40,827 nt of DNA from a virus. Shown piece by piece: positions 31,365 through 39,244 of the stretch (position 1 is the first letter of the stretch; every line of letters starts with the position of its first letter). The position numbers and the translations under genes were made by a program. The stretch spans positions 1 to 40,827 of the IMG/VR virus record IMGVR_UViG_3300043640_000296, one strand, 5' to 3'. Under the pieces are notes generated by a model that saw only the letters and a list, made by a program, of their open reading frames with translations, was not told the DNA's origin and ran no database searches.

Positions 31365-31864
31365 TGGCATTGAATAATAGGCAAATAGAAGATGCTGAAC
31401 TACGAGCTAAAGCCTATAAATTATTTGATGAGCGCGGTCTTTATATCCTTGTTAAACCTAATGGCTCTAAACTATTTCGTATGAAATATCGTTTTGACGG
31501 CAAAGAATATAGTTTATCGTTTGGTAGGTTTGGAGATATTACACTCGGTGAAGCACAAAAAATGGCAAGTGATGCGCGTAATCAATTAGCCTATGGAACA
31601 AACCCTAATGAAACTAAAAAGGTATTTAGACGCATGACAAAAGTGAGAATCAGGCACGAAGCAGAAAATCTATTATTATCACCTCTTAAAATATTACGTA
31701 ATCATCTAGAACATTTAGATGCGCAAGTGGAACACATGCAATCTAAAAAACGTGATATTGAGAATCAACTTGATTATGTTCAATGGGATTTGAACGAGAC
31801 ATTAGGCTTTATGGAACAAATTAAACAATCGTTAAAATATTTAGAAAAGGCTACTAAAGAATGA
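31364..31864 (+). CDS. Stand-alone integrase arm-type DNA-binding domain (DUF4102-like) fused to a coiled coil
   Basis: Residues 1-85 (AKAYKLFDERGLYILVKPNGSKLFRMKYRFDGKEYSLSFGRFGDITLGEAQKMASDARNQLAYGTNP) parallel the N-terminus of P4-type integrases. There is no SAM-like or catalytic domain; the C-terminus is an 80-aa helical tail. Confidence 0.7.
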   Translation: MALNNRQIEDAELRAKAYKLFDERGLYILVKPNGSKLFRMKYRFDGKEYSLSFGRFGDITLGEAQKMASDARNQLAYGTNPNETKKVFRRMTKVRIRHEAENLLLSPLKILRNHLEHLDAQVEHMQSKKRDIENQLDYVQWDLNETLGFMEQIKQSLKYLEKATKE

Positions 31865-32121
31865 GAGAAAAGATTTATAAACCCTGCAATCGATGCGGGG
31901 GTACAGGTAAAGTAAAAATAAAACAAGAAATGTTAGAAACGCGGGATGTAAAGAAGATGTTAAATATAATGAAACGTAATAGTTTTAAGCAATTAGATTT
32001 AGCAAAAGTATTAGGAGTATCTCAAGGCACTGTTAATGGATGGTTTCACAGAAAAACAAATCTTCAAGGCAAGATTAAACCTCTTTATTTTGAACTATTA
32101 AAAAGCAAGGGAATCAAATAA
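31861..32121 (+). CDS. HTH DNA-binding protein with N-terminal CxxC
   Basis: CNRCGGTG followed by LDLAKVLGVSQGTVNGWFHRK, an XRE-like helix-turn-helix. Confidence 0.55.
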   Translation: MREKIYKPCNRCGGTGKVKIKQEMLETRDVKKMLNIMKRNSFKQLDLAKVLGVSQGTVNGWFHRKTNLQGKIKPLYFELLKSKGIK

Positions 32122-32315
32122 TGAAAATTAATAAAGAAGATTCAGAATTTTTAAAGAAAGTGGGCCGGGAATGCATGGAAATTTTAATAAATAGAGGTCG
32201 TGAAAAATGTGGTATTGATATTGAAAGATTTCTTGTCTATACATCTATTATTTTAGAAAGCCTCCTTGCCTCTCATCAAAAAACTATTGAAGATTTAAAA
32301 GGAATGAAATTATGA
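32121..32315 (+). CDS. Early protein (64 aa)
   Basis: ORF in the coupled chain. Confidence 0.5.
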   Translation: MKINKEDSEFLKKVGRECMEILINRGREKCGIDIERFLVYTSIILESLLASHQKTIEDLKGMKL

Positions 32316-32503
32316 ATAAACCAATAATTGCTAGTGAAATGAAAAGTTTTCGCTTATCAAAAAATGCAGTGAATACAATTGAAAAACTTTCACAGCGTTT
32401 TACAGAAGAATCAAAAATACGAATCTCAATGGCTAAAGTCGTTGAGATTGCTATTTTCTTTATTGAGAAAAAAAATCTCAATGAATTACTTAAAATAAAA
32501 TAA
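32312..32503 (+). CDS. Possible ribbon-helix-helix protein (63 aa)
   Basis: KSFRLSKNAVNTIEKLSQ.. reads as a beta-strand then helices, as in CopG/Arc proteins. Weak call. Confidence 0.4.
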   Translation: MNKPIIASEMKSFRLSKNAVNTIEKLSQRFTEESKIRISMAKVVEIAIFFIEKKNLNELLKIK

Positions 32504-32536
32504 ATAAAATTACAACTACTTCAAAGGCTTTAATTT

Positions 32537-32770
32537 ATGAAAGTAAAGGAATACACACGCGTAATAAAAGACAATATTATTATCTTTAGACAAGCAGGTT
32601 TTCAGTGCATAAAAGACATTAACAGACAGTTAAATTGTAAAGACAAATATCGCATAGAATATATTATTACAGACAGCAAAAATATTGTTCTATGCGCTTT
32701 ATTTATGTTTCATGGAACAGTCAAGGTTGGGTCGGTTTTTCCCTATGGCTACTTCCAAAATAATAACTAA
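32537..32770 (+). CDS. Early protein (77 aa)
   Basis: Last ORF of the rightward operon, SD AAAGG. Its 3' end overlaps the convergent holin-like gene by 50 nt. Confidence 0.4.
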   Translation: MKVKEYTRVIKDNIIIFRQAGFQCIKDINRQLNCKDKYRIEYIITDSKNIVLCALFMFHGTVKVGSVFPYGYFQNNN

Positions 32771-32948
32771 CAATCATAATCACTACATCTTGCAAGCGGG
32801 CGCTAATAATATCATTAGCGCTTGTGCTGTGCATAACACAATAAATTTGTACCAATGCATAAATACTTAAAAAACCGACCGCAAGAATAGTTGGGATATG
32901 ATCATGCAAATTAACAGTGGATTGATTAGATTCATTAGGTAGACTCAT
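32721..32948 (-). CDS. Holin-like membrane protein
   Basis: 75 aa from ATG 32948, SD GGAG. TM segment IPTILAVGFLSIYALVQIYCVM, a second hydrophobic stretch and a charged C-terminus. Lies immediately downstream of the endolysin gene. Confidence 0.45.
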   Translation of the reverse strand: MSLPNESNQSTVNLHDHIPTILAVGFLSIYALVQIYCVMHSTSANDIISARLQDVVIMIVSYYFGSSHREKPTQP

Positions 32949-33480
32949 AAGCTCTCCGTAGCCATCCATTAAGATTATTTTGTTCTTCCACATTGTTTTG
33001 TGCGATTAATCTATAATAGCCTGCTCTCTCTGAACGCATGGCGGGTAAAACTAAAAACCCACACAATTGAATAGCGCTTAATGTTTTTTCACCTAAAATT
33101 CCATCGTCTACTAAATCACGTCTTTTTCTGACAGACCATAAAGCGCGCTGTAAACATTTAATAGCAGGTGATATACCCATATTAATAGCCATATCAAATA
33201 CAAAATTTGCAACTTCTTGATTACCAATTTTTTCAAAGGGCGCATGAGACCAAAATTCGCCATGATAAATATCTGATGCTTGATATTGTTTTAATTCAAT
33301 AATGGTTTGTTCATTTATTTCTCCAAAGATGCCATAAGATTTAAGTGTCTCTGGACTAAGACTTTTTAAGAAACGTAAAGAAATACCAAAATTAGTAATA
33401 CCACCTTTATCATGTGGATTTTGTGATAAACCGCCTTCATTTTTTAAAATAAATGCGATTGCCAATAGATAATCACTCAT
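32935..33480 (-). CDS. Endolysin, GH108 N-acetylmuramidase with PG_binding_3-like C-terminus
   Basis: ILKNEGGLSQNPHDKGGITNFGIS matches the GH108 EGG..D..GG.T..GI motif. The C-terminal DDGILGEKTLSAI matches the peptidoglycan-binding part. Confidence 0.85.
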   Translation of the reverse strand: MSDYLLAIAFILKNEGGLSQNPHDKGGITNFGISLRFLKSLSPETLKSYGIFGEINEQTIIELKQYQASDIYHGEFWSHAPFEKIGNQEVANFVFDMAINMGISPAIKCLQRALWSVRKRRDLVDDGILGEKTLSAIQLCGFLVLPAMRSERAGYYRLIAQNNVEEQNNLNGWLRRAYEST

Positions 33481-33505
33481 TTTTATTTAGCCTTCCGTGG
33501 TCTAG

Positions 33506-33814
33506 TTATTTGAGCTTATCATAACTTTTAAAATAATCCATGAAATGCACTACATCCGCAATTGAGTTGATTACTTTTACTTGACCTTTCCATGTATCGA
33601 AAAAAACTTGCTCAGGCTCAGTTAATTTTTGACCAGACGGTGGTTTTTCCCCATTCTTAATTTCAAATAAATAGTTTTTACCGTCTACACCGACCAAAAT
33701 ATCCGGGCATCCTTTACCTACTTCACTTAAAATTTGAACACTGGCACCAAGTTCTCGGAATGCCTTCACAATATGCTTTTGATTCTGATCAACTCGCTTA
33801 GGGAATTTTGACAT
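33506..33814 (-). CDS. VRR-NUC / PD-(D/E)xK nuclease
   Basis: 102 aa from ATG 33814, SD AAGGAGG 9 nt upstream. Contains GKGCPDILVG...YLFEIK, a nuclease core motif. Confidence 0.7.
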   Translation of the reverse strand: MSKFPKRVDQNQKHIVKAFRELGASVQILSEVGKGCPDILVGVDGKNYLFEIKNGEKPPSGQKLTEPEQVFFDTWKGQVKVINSIADVVHFMDYFKSYDKLK

Positions 33815-34002
33815 TTTAAAGGCCCTCCTTGGCATTTTTAAAATATACCCACTACTCTGCTATTATTTTTCTAAAATGTCGCCTCCTAATGCCTTAGAAT
33901 TTTGTTTTTCGGCCACTTGCGAGACTGATTTTGATAGTTCTTTGAAATTTTCCCAATATTGCTTTCTTTCTTCTAATGTCATTTGATTGTAATTTACACA
34001 GA

Positions 34003-34521
34003 TTACTGTTTTTCGCATTCTGCAATCCTTGCTTGAATTTCATCACGAACCTTTGTGGCTCTTAGTATTAGCCCTAAGTTGTCCCACATTTTAGCCTTAG
34101 CTTCGAGAACTTCTAAACTATCCGGCGCTTTTTGTGGCATAGGTAATAATCGCTTTTCATCTAAAATCCTAAAAGTTTCATTATCTTTTCTTCTATTTCG
34201 ATTAAACTTTAAAATCTCTAGCATTTGTGCGGGCTTAGGGGGATAGGCAAATTTTTTATATACTTCTTCAGCAGCTACATTAATTTCTATTTGTTCAAAA
34301 TCTTTAAGTAACATCCACCATGTGCGCTTAATAACCTCGGTCATTTCTTCATCAATAAATTGATTTAGCCATAATTGACCATAAATTGCGGCAAACATTG
34401 TAAAAATATCTCTTAACCAAAGAGGATAGGATATTCTTTTACCATCCTTTGAGGATGCTTGAGCCTGTTCTGAACACTTCTCGACTAGAACTAATTTGGC
34501 TATTTCCCCTATTTGCTTCAT
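34003..34521 (-). CDS. Replication protein, lambda P-like (helicase loader candidate)
   Basis: 172 aa, SD GAGAGG. IFTMFAAIYGQLWLNQF..EVIKRTWWMLLKDF parallels lambda P residues INGVFSQLLATF..EIRRQWVLAF as recalled. Position follows the O-like gene. Confidence 0.4.
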   Translation of the reverse strand: MKQIGEIAKLVLVEKCSEQAQASSKDGKRISYPLWLRDIFTMFAAIYGQLWLNQFIDEEMTEVIKRTWWMLLKDFEQIEINVAAEEVYKKFAYPPKPAQMLEILKFNRNRRKDNETFRILDEKRLLPMPQKAPDSLEVLEAKAKMWDNLGLILRATKVRDEIQARIAECEKQ

Positions 34522-35227
34522 TTGTTACCTCTCTAATGTCATCTTCCCAGCGTTTATTATGTAAATATGTGGACGGTAAAGGGATAAATTGAACATTTGA
34601 CCAGTCTGGATCATTTTTTATTCTATTTTGCACATCAGTAATAATTTCATCAGCCATAAGATTGCATTTATTTTTTCGCCATTCTTGAAAGGCTTTCATT
34701 TTATTTTTCTTCTTGGGATAAAGTTCCCAAAATTCTGGAAATTTATCTTGTGCATCGTCAGATGCACATAAAAGCTTTTCTTTTTGTTTAGTTATTAATT
34801 CTTTATTTAGTAGTCCCCCATTTGCCACTGGGTTCATTTCTGACCCTGTGGTGTGCATATTACTAGAATCATCTGAATTTGATGACCTATATTGTTGATT
34901 AATAATAAAATCTTGCCCATTTAACACATGAATATCCCAATGTGCAATCTGACCATTTGCACAATGCACTTGCACATATGAAATTAAGTTAGAACGTCTT
35001 AAATATGAGAATATTTGTTTAATTTTTGTATCACCAAATCCATAAATATTTTTAATATTTTGTTTAATAACTTTCCAATCTGAACTTTTTGAGAGTAAAT
35101 AACACCAAACCAAAAAGGCATCACCATTTTTAATATTATTAATTACATGATTACTTATTTGAGTAAAAGGTATGTTTTGAGAAATTGTTTTTGATTTATT
35201 ACTGAGTATAAATTTTTCAACTGACAT
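34439..35227 (-). CDS. Replication initiator (winged-helix, O/DnaD-like)
   Basis: 262 aa. The N-terminus (IPFTQISNHVINNI..GDAFLVWCYLLSKS...IKQIFSYLRRSNLISY) looks like phage initiator wHTH domains. It overlaps the next gene by 83 nt. Confidence 0.5.
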   Translation of the reverse strand: MSVEKFILSNKSKTISQNIPFTQISNHVINNIKNGDAFLVWCYLLSKSSDWKVIKQNIKNIYGFGDTKIKQIFSYLRRSNLISYVQVHCANGQIAHWDIHVLNGQDFIINQQYRSSNSDDSSNMHTTGSEMNPVANGGLLNKELITKQKEKLLCASDDAQDKFPEFWELYPKKKNKMKAFQEWRKNKCNLMADEIITDVQNRIKNDPDWSNVQFIPLPSTYLHNKRWEDDIREVTNEANRGNSQISSSREVFRTGSSILKGW

Positions 35228-35355
35228 GAAATTTCCTTATTTTTGTATTTACATCGTCGCCTTCCCATGCGAAAATCAGCGCATGTATGTGGATTGAGGG
35301 CTGGATGTCCAAAACCAATATTTTTAGCCACTTGTTCAAGAGGTGGCTAATGTCT

Positions 35356-35559
35356 TTATTTATAACAAACTTTACGTGATTTTATATAGTTGTCTAGGTC
35401 TTCTTTAAAGTACTGCACTTTTCTACCCACTCGTAGATAAGGAATTCTGGTTGGTCTTTCTACAGCCCATACTTTCATTGTTGTAAATGCAACCCCTAAG
35501 TATTTTGCAGCGTCTTCTCTATAAAATAAAATATTATTTTTCATTTGATTTATTTTCAT
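35356..35559 (-). CDS. Excisionase/AlpA-type HTH DNA-binding protein
   Basis: FYREDAAKYLGVAFTTMKVWAVERPTRIPYLRVGRKVQYFKEDLDNYI fits the HTH_17/excisionase-family pattern. Confidence 0.6.
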   Translation of the reverse strand: MKINQMKNNILFYREDAAKYLGVAFTTMKVWAVERPTRIPYLRVGRKVQYFKEDLDNYIKSRKVCYK

Positions 35560-35621
35560 CCTATGTTATGTTCCTTAACTTTAGAGAACTCTATCATTAA
35601 TCTGATTAATAAGGAATTAAA

Positions 35622-35951
35622 ATGAAAGTGGAAGATATTTTAGAAAAGATTCACGGAGATGGTTTGATAAATGGAATTGATGCACATTTAAAAAAAATTA
35701 ATTTCACAATCGCAAAAGAAGTTCCTTATTCTATATTTAAAATAATTGATTTTGATTCGCGCAAAATAGAAGTTGCTTATAAAACTTATATTATAGGTGT
35801 TTTAACAAATGATAAAGAAATGCGCATAAGCTCTCTCAATGCAGTGAAAGAAATGTCGCCTGATTTGCTCACAAATTTGAAAGCATTTAAGAAACAACAT
35901 AAATTTCATAATGAAAATTGCAAAAACACTTCTTGTAAAAAAGATAAATAA
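35622..35951 (+). CDS. Lone opposite-strand gene (moron-like), function unknown
   Basis: 109 aa, SD AAGGAA 6 nt upstream, with its own terminator at 35991-36017. Genes on both sides run on the minus strand. Confidence 0.6.
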   Translation: MKVEDILEKIHGDGLINGIDAHLKKINFTIAKEVPYSIFKIIDFDSRKIEVAYKTYIIGVLTNDKEMRISSLNAVKEMSPDLLTNLKAFKKQHKFHNENCKNTSCKKDK

Positions 35952-35990
35952 AGTTATTATGCATTTGAAGTAGTTGTTAGACATTAATTA

Positions 35991-36017
35991 GGCCTTCATA
36001 AGAAGGCCGTCTTTTTA
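35991..36017 (+). terminator. Intrinsic terminator
   Basis: GGCCTTC (35991-35997), loop ATAA, GAAGGCC (36002-36008), then GTCTTTTTATTT. Confidence 0.7.
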
Positions 36018-36284
36018 TTTCTTTTGATTAGTTAATTGCTTATGACTGAGAGTTCCTTCAATTACTTTTTTACCATCTAAATGACTTTTCTGCATAAAGA
36101 GAATCTGTGGTTCTTGATCAATCATGCGAGCATATTCTAATTGTGCTTTAATCGTTGATATAACGCTTTCACAGAGTTTTCCAGTAACACCGGCCTCTGT
36201 TGTATCAATTTCACCATTTGATAGCTTCTCTAGCGTATTTAATGCATGATCTCTCAATGCTTCTATAGTATTAATCTTCGACAC
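36015..36284 (-). CDS. Hypothetical protein (89 aa), last gene of the immunity-side operon
   Basis: ORF overlapping the upstream gene's stop by 14 nt. Confidence 0.55.
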   Translation of the reverse strand: MSKINTIEALRDHALNTLEKLSNGEIDTTEAGVTGKLCESVISTIKAQLEYARMIDQEPQILFMQKSHLDGKKVIEGTLSHKQLTNQKK

Positions 36285-37155
36285 TTCTTTTCTCCTTTAA
36301 TAATAATATTTTTTCTTGATCTAGTCTTTTTTTAGCGCCATTTTTTAATAACATAATAGCGCGTTTTGCTTCGACTAAACCTTGTGGTACATCTGCACTT
36401 TTTAAACCTGTTCTTTTAACAATTGATTGTTTGATATAATAATCATTCAACTCTCTTCGTGAATCTTGAATGAATTTTTTCTTTGCTTGTTTGACTTCTT
36501 CTGGGTTTCTTTCTTCCCATTTTTGCCAAAGTTCGCGAGATTTTTGTAAATTAATTTCTCTATGTTTTAAACGAGATTTTTGTTTACAAACTTTTACTTT
36601 TTCTGGATCAGCTTTTCTATATTTTGCATGAGCTGCCAATACTTTCGCTTTATTCAATTGATAATGTTTATCATGCATTTCTTTCATGCATCGTTTGCAT
36701 TTCCATTTTTGTTCACCATTTGCATATTTGCCTGAACGAATAACTTCTTCTCTAAATAATTTTCCATGTTCTGAACACGTTTTTAATGGCTCTTCCATTT
36801 TCTTTTTAAGGTTATTTATTTGAATGATTGCACGTTTTGCTTCAATTAATTCTTGAGGGATTTCCTGATTTTTTATGCCTGATTTGCCTGTTCTAAGCGT
36901 TTTTCTAACATAATAATCTGTAACATTTTCTTTCTCTTTTTTCCATTCCATTAAACGCGCTTTTTTATTTTCCATTTTTTCGGTTTCACAATGCCGACAA
37001 CGTACAATCTTATTACCGGTTTTTTTTATAATGACTTCAATGAAATCAGTATCTCTATTCGCCCAACGATGGAATGAACAAGATTTTTTTACTTCTTCCT
37101 GTTTCTTTTCTTCTAGCACTTCCTGTGCAGAATCTTCTAAGAAAGATTTTTGCAT
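36271..37155 (-). CDS. Internally duplicated zinc-ribbon / Lys-Glu-rich protein
   Basis: 294 aa made of two units. Each opens CS.H..(about 20 aa)..C(R/K)xC and closes DYY(V/I)(R/K)...(I/V)PQ.L(I/V)EAKRAI. Confidence 0.6.
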   Translation of the reverse strand: MQKSFLEDSAQEVLEEKKQEEVKKSCSFHRWANRDTDFIEVIIKKTGNKIVRCRHCETEKMENKKARLMEWKKEKENVTDYYVRKTLRTGKSGIKNQEIPQELIEAKRAIIQINNLKKKMEEPLKTCSEHGKLFREEVIRSGKYANGEQKWKCKRCMKEMHDKHYQLNKAKVLAAHAKYRKADPEKVKVCKQKSRLKHREINLQKSRELWQKWEERNPEEVKQAKKKFIQDSRRELNDYYIKQSIVKRTGLKSADVPQGLVEAKRAIMLLKNGAKKRLDQEKILLLKEKRSVED

Positions 37156-37484
37156 TAAAATTTATCCACCAACCAATTTCTAATAGTAGGTAATATTACT
37201 AAATAAATACCTCCTGCTATAAAAGCCATTTCATACCAAAACCCAAATTTTAAACAAATAAAATAACATAAAGGAAGATAAAGTAGCATGTGATATGCAA
37301 AGTTTTTACTTTTCCAAGAATGTTCTTTATCTATTTGTTTATATTTTTCAATGAGTTTTTTATGCTCTTCATTTAAATTTTCCTCAAATTTTTTATACAT
37401 ACAGTCGCCACATAAATCAGGAACTATAATATTAAACTCCTGCTTACATTGTAAGCAGGATAAATCTTTCATAAGTTTAGACAT
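37155..37484 (-). CDS. Zinc-ribbon protein with two C-terminal TM helices
   Basis: 109 aa. N-terminal CLQC...CGDC; C-terminal hydrophobic YHMLLYLPLCYFICLKFGFW and IAGGIYLVILPTI. Confidence 0.6.
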   Translation of the reverse strand: MSKLMKDLSCLQCKQEFNIIVPDLCGDCMYKKFEENLNEEHKKLIEKYKQIDKEHSWKSKNFAYHMLLYLPLCYFICLKFGFWYEMAFIAGGIYLVILPTIRNWLVDKF

Positions 37485-37487
37485 AAA

Positions 37488-37946
37488 TTAATCTTCAAGA
37501 ACGTGATATTTGCTGGCACGGAAAATAAGTTGTTTCTTATATACTTCAAACTTAATTTTTCTTGAATGAACAGCTTCTAAAGGAACATTACCCGTCCATT
37601 TAAATTGAACTTTACAAGTTAAAGAATTTGTTTCTTGGCCTAAACTATAACCATTTCCACCTGTACTTTTCACTAGTCTAAAATGATATTGATCATCAGG
37701 ATTAAAGAAAGGAAGAATTTTATCTTTTGGTTCCCATCCTAATTTAACTAAAACATCATGACCAATACGCACACGAATAGTATCAATAATGCCTTTTTCT
37801 TTACTTGATTCACAACAAGTAATCACAACACTATTAGGATTTAATCGCGCATAAGATCCACGAACAACATTAATAGCTGTCCAGTTAATAGAATCAACTA
37901 AGCTAGCTAAACTTTTTGGTTTTACCTTCGATACTACTTTTTTCAT
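37488..37946 (-). CDS. Hypothetical soluble protein (152 aa)
   Basis: SD AAAGGAAG 4 nt upstream of the ATG. No family recognised. Confidence 0.6.
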   Translation of the reverse strand: MKKVVSKVKPKSLASLVDSINWTAINVVRGSYARLNPNSVVITCCESSKEKGIIDTIRVRIGHDVLVKLGWEPKDKILPFFNPDDQYHFRLVKSTGGNGYSLGQETNSLTCKVQFKWTGNVPLEAVHSRKIKFEVYKKQLIFRASKYHVLED

Positions 37947-38148
37947 GACACTTCCTTTTTGGTTTACGTTTTTTTATTAAAAATAATTTTATGATGAAAT
38001 AAAAACAAACTGGTATTGAAATTAAAATAGCAATGATTAATAATAAAGGTAATGTAGAAGAAACTACCTGAGGAATAATAATTCCTGTCATAGAAAAAAA
38101 TCCCACACCAAATATTCCAGCATAAAATATCAGTTTGTTTATCTTCAT
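37903..38148 (-). CDS. Two-TM membrane protein with Lys/Arg-rich tail
   Basis: 81 aa from ATG 38148, which is 1 nt after the SPFH stop; SD AAGGG. Hydrophobic LIFYAGIFGVGFFSMTGIII and LPLLLIIAILISIPVCFYFII, then KKRKPKRK. Confidence 0.6.
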   Translation of the reverse strand: MKINKLIFYAGIFGVGFFSMTGIIIPQVVSSTLPLLLIIAILISIPVCFYFIIKLFLIKKRKPKRKCHEKSSIEGKTKKFS

Positions 38149-38149
38149 T

Positions 38150-38989
38150 TTATTGCCCTTTAACATTGATAAACGGAATAGCAGAATTACCTGTCATGCG
38201 TGGCAACTCCCCATTCCATTTTAAGATTGCTTGGTATGAGACAAATTCTGGAGTGAGTGATTCTGCAAGAATTTTATTAGCTTTGGCTTGAGATTCAGCA
38301 TTAATAAGTATCTGCTTACCACGGGCCTCTGCTTCAACCACTGTTTTTTGTGCTTGTGCTCGACTTGTTGCAATTTCATTTTCCACCTTCATAGCATTTT
38401 GTGAGGCTTGAATCTTGGAGTTAATAGAATTAATAACTGTTTGAGGTAATTCAAAAGAGCCTACTAAATAAATTTTATCAACTTCAATGCCATTATCGAA
38501 TGCTTCTTTTTTTACAATTTCATTTACTTTAGTAATAAATGCTTCTTTTTGTGCACCATAAATTTGTTCGACAGTCATAGTTGATGCAACTTCATTCATA
38601 GCATCACGCACCATATTATGTAGAAAAGTATTGGTAATTTCATCTATACCCAGCCGATATTTAGTAAATACTTTAACAACATTATCAGGCTTGATGCTAT
38701 AAGTAATACCAGCATCAGTACAAATAGATAATCCTTCGCTAGTTTGCATAGTAATTGCTTGTTCATTTTTCCATGAGTAATTCTGCAAAAAAGTAGGGAA
38801 TAAATAAAGCTCGCTATTCCAGCCGAGATAATAACGCCCAACACCGACAGATTGTTCGCCAACACCTTTGTCACTTCCATACAAATTAACAATTACACCT
38901 CGATAGCCAGCTGGCACTTTACTGCAACCTGATAAACCTATTATTGATCCTAATACAATGCCTGTAATAATCGCTTTCTTAAACTTCAT
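38150..38989 (-). CDS. SPFH/Band-7 (prohibitin/HflC-like) lipoprotein
   Basis: 279 aa. Signal peptide with lipobox LSGC. SPFH core VPAGYRGVIV...ITMQTSEGLSI..DAGITYSI, then a long Ala/Gln/Glu coiled coil (ATSRAQAQKTVVEAEARGKQILINAESQAKANKILAES). Confidence 0.8.
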   Translation of the reverse strand: MKFKKAIITGIVLGSIIGLSGCSKVPAGYRGVIVNLYGSDKGVGEQSVGVGRYYLGWNSELYLFPTFLQNYSWKNEQAITMQTSEGLSICTDAGITYSIKPDNVVKVFTKYRLGIDEITNTFLHNMVRDAMNEVASTMTVEQIYGAQKEAFITKVNEIVKKEAFDNGIEVDKIYLVGSFELPQTVINSINSKIQASQNAMKVENEIATSRAQAQKTVVEAEARGKQILINAESQAKANKILAESLTPEFVSYQAILKWNGELPRMTGNSAIPFINVKGQ

Positions 38990-39000
38990 GTTTTTCCCTT

Positions 39001-39213
39001 TTATTGGTCTTTGATAAAATCTTCTATTTTCACTTTTATATTATATTTTTTTGCTAATTTAACGATTTTGAATAATAACGGCATATCAGGAAATTGCAAA
39101 TTTCTTCTAATCCTTGACACGGAAACTTGACTGCAACCCAATATTTCAGCGATTTCAACCTGATTTAAGTCACTGATATACTTGATCTCTTTAATAACTT
39201 CCCCGATATTCAT
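39001..39213 (-). CDS. Cro/CI-type HTH transcriptional regulator
   Basis: 70 aa from ATG 39213, SD AAGAAAGG. LNQVEIAEILGCSQVSVSRIRRN is an XRE-type HTH. It is the first gene after the divergent promoter region. Confidence 0.7.
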   Translation of the reverse strand: MNIGEVIKEIKYISDLNQVEIAEILGCSQVSVSRIRRNLQFPDMPLLFKIVKLAKKYNIKVKIEDFIKDQ

Positions 39214-39244
39214 AGTAATGCCTTTCTTCTTAAAATTTAGTGGC

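Noticed and set aside
32685-32870. Track ORF 32685-32870 (+), and ORFs 39576-39803, 39695-39904, 40152-40385, 30164-30385, 31173-31370, 32284-32481, 34055-34246 and 35802-35984.
   Set aside because: Each overlaps a better-supported gene in another frame or on the other strand, and none has SD support.
33859-33978. 39-codon minus-strand ORF (MTLEERKQYWENFKELSKSVSQVAEKQNSKALGGDILEK) between the P-like and VRR-NUC genes.
   Set aside because: It is plausible because it fills the gap, but it has no SD and I could not support it further. Left unannotated.
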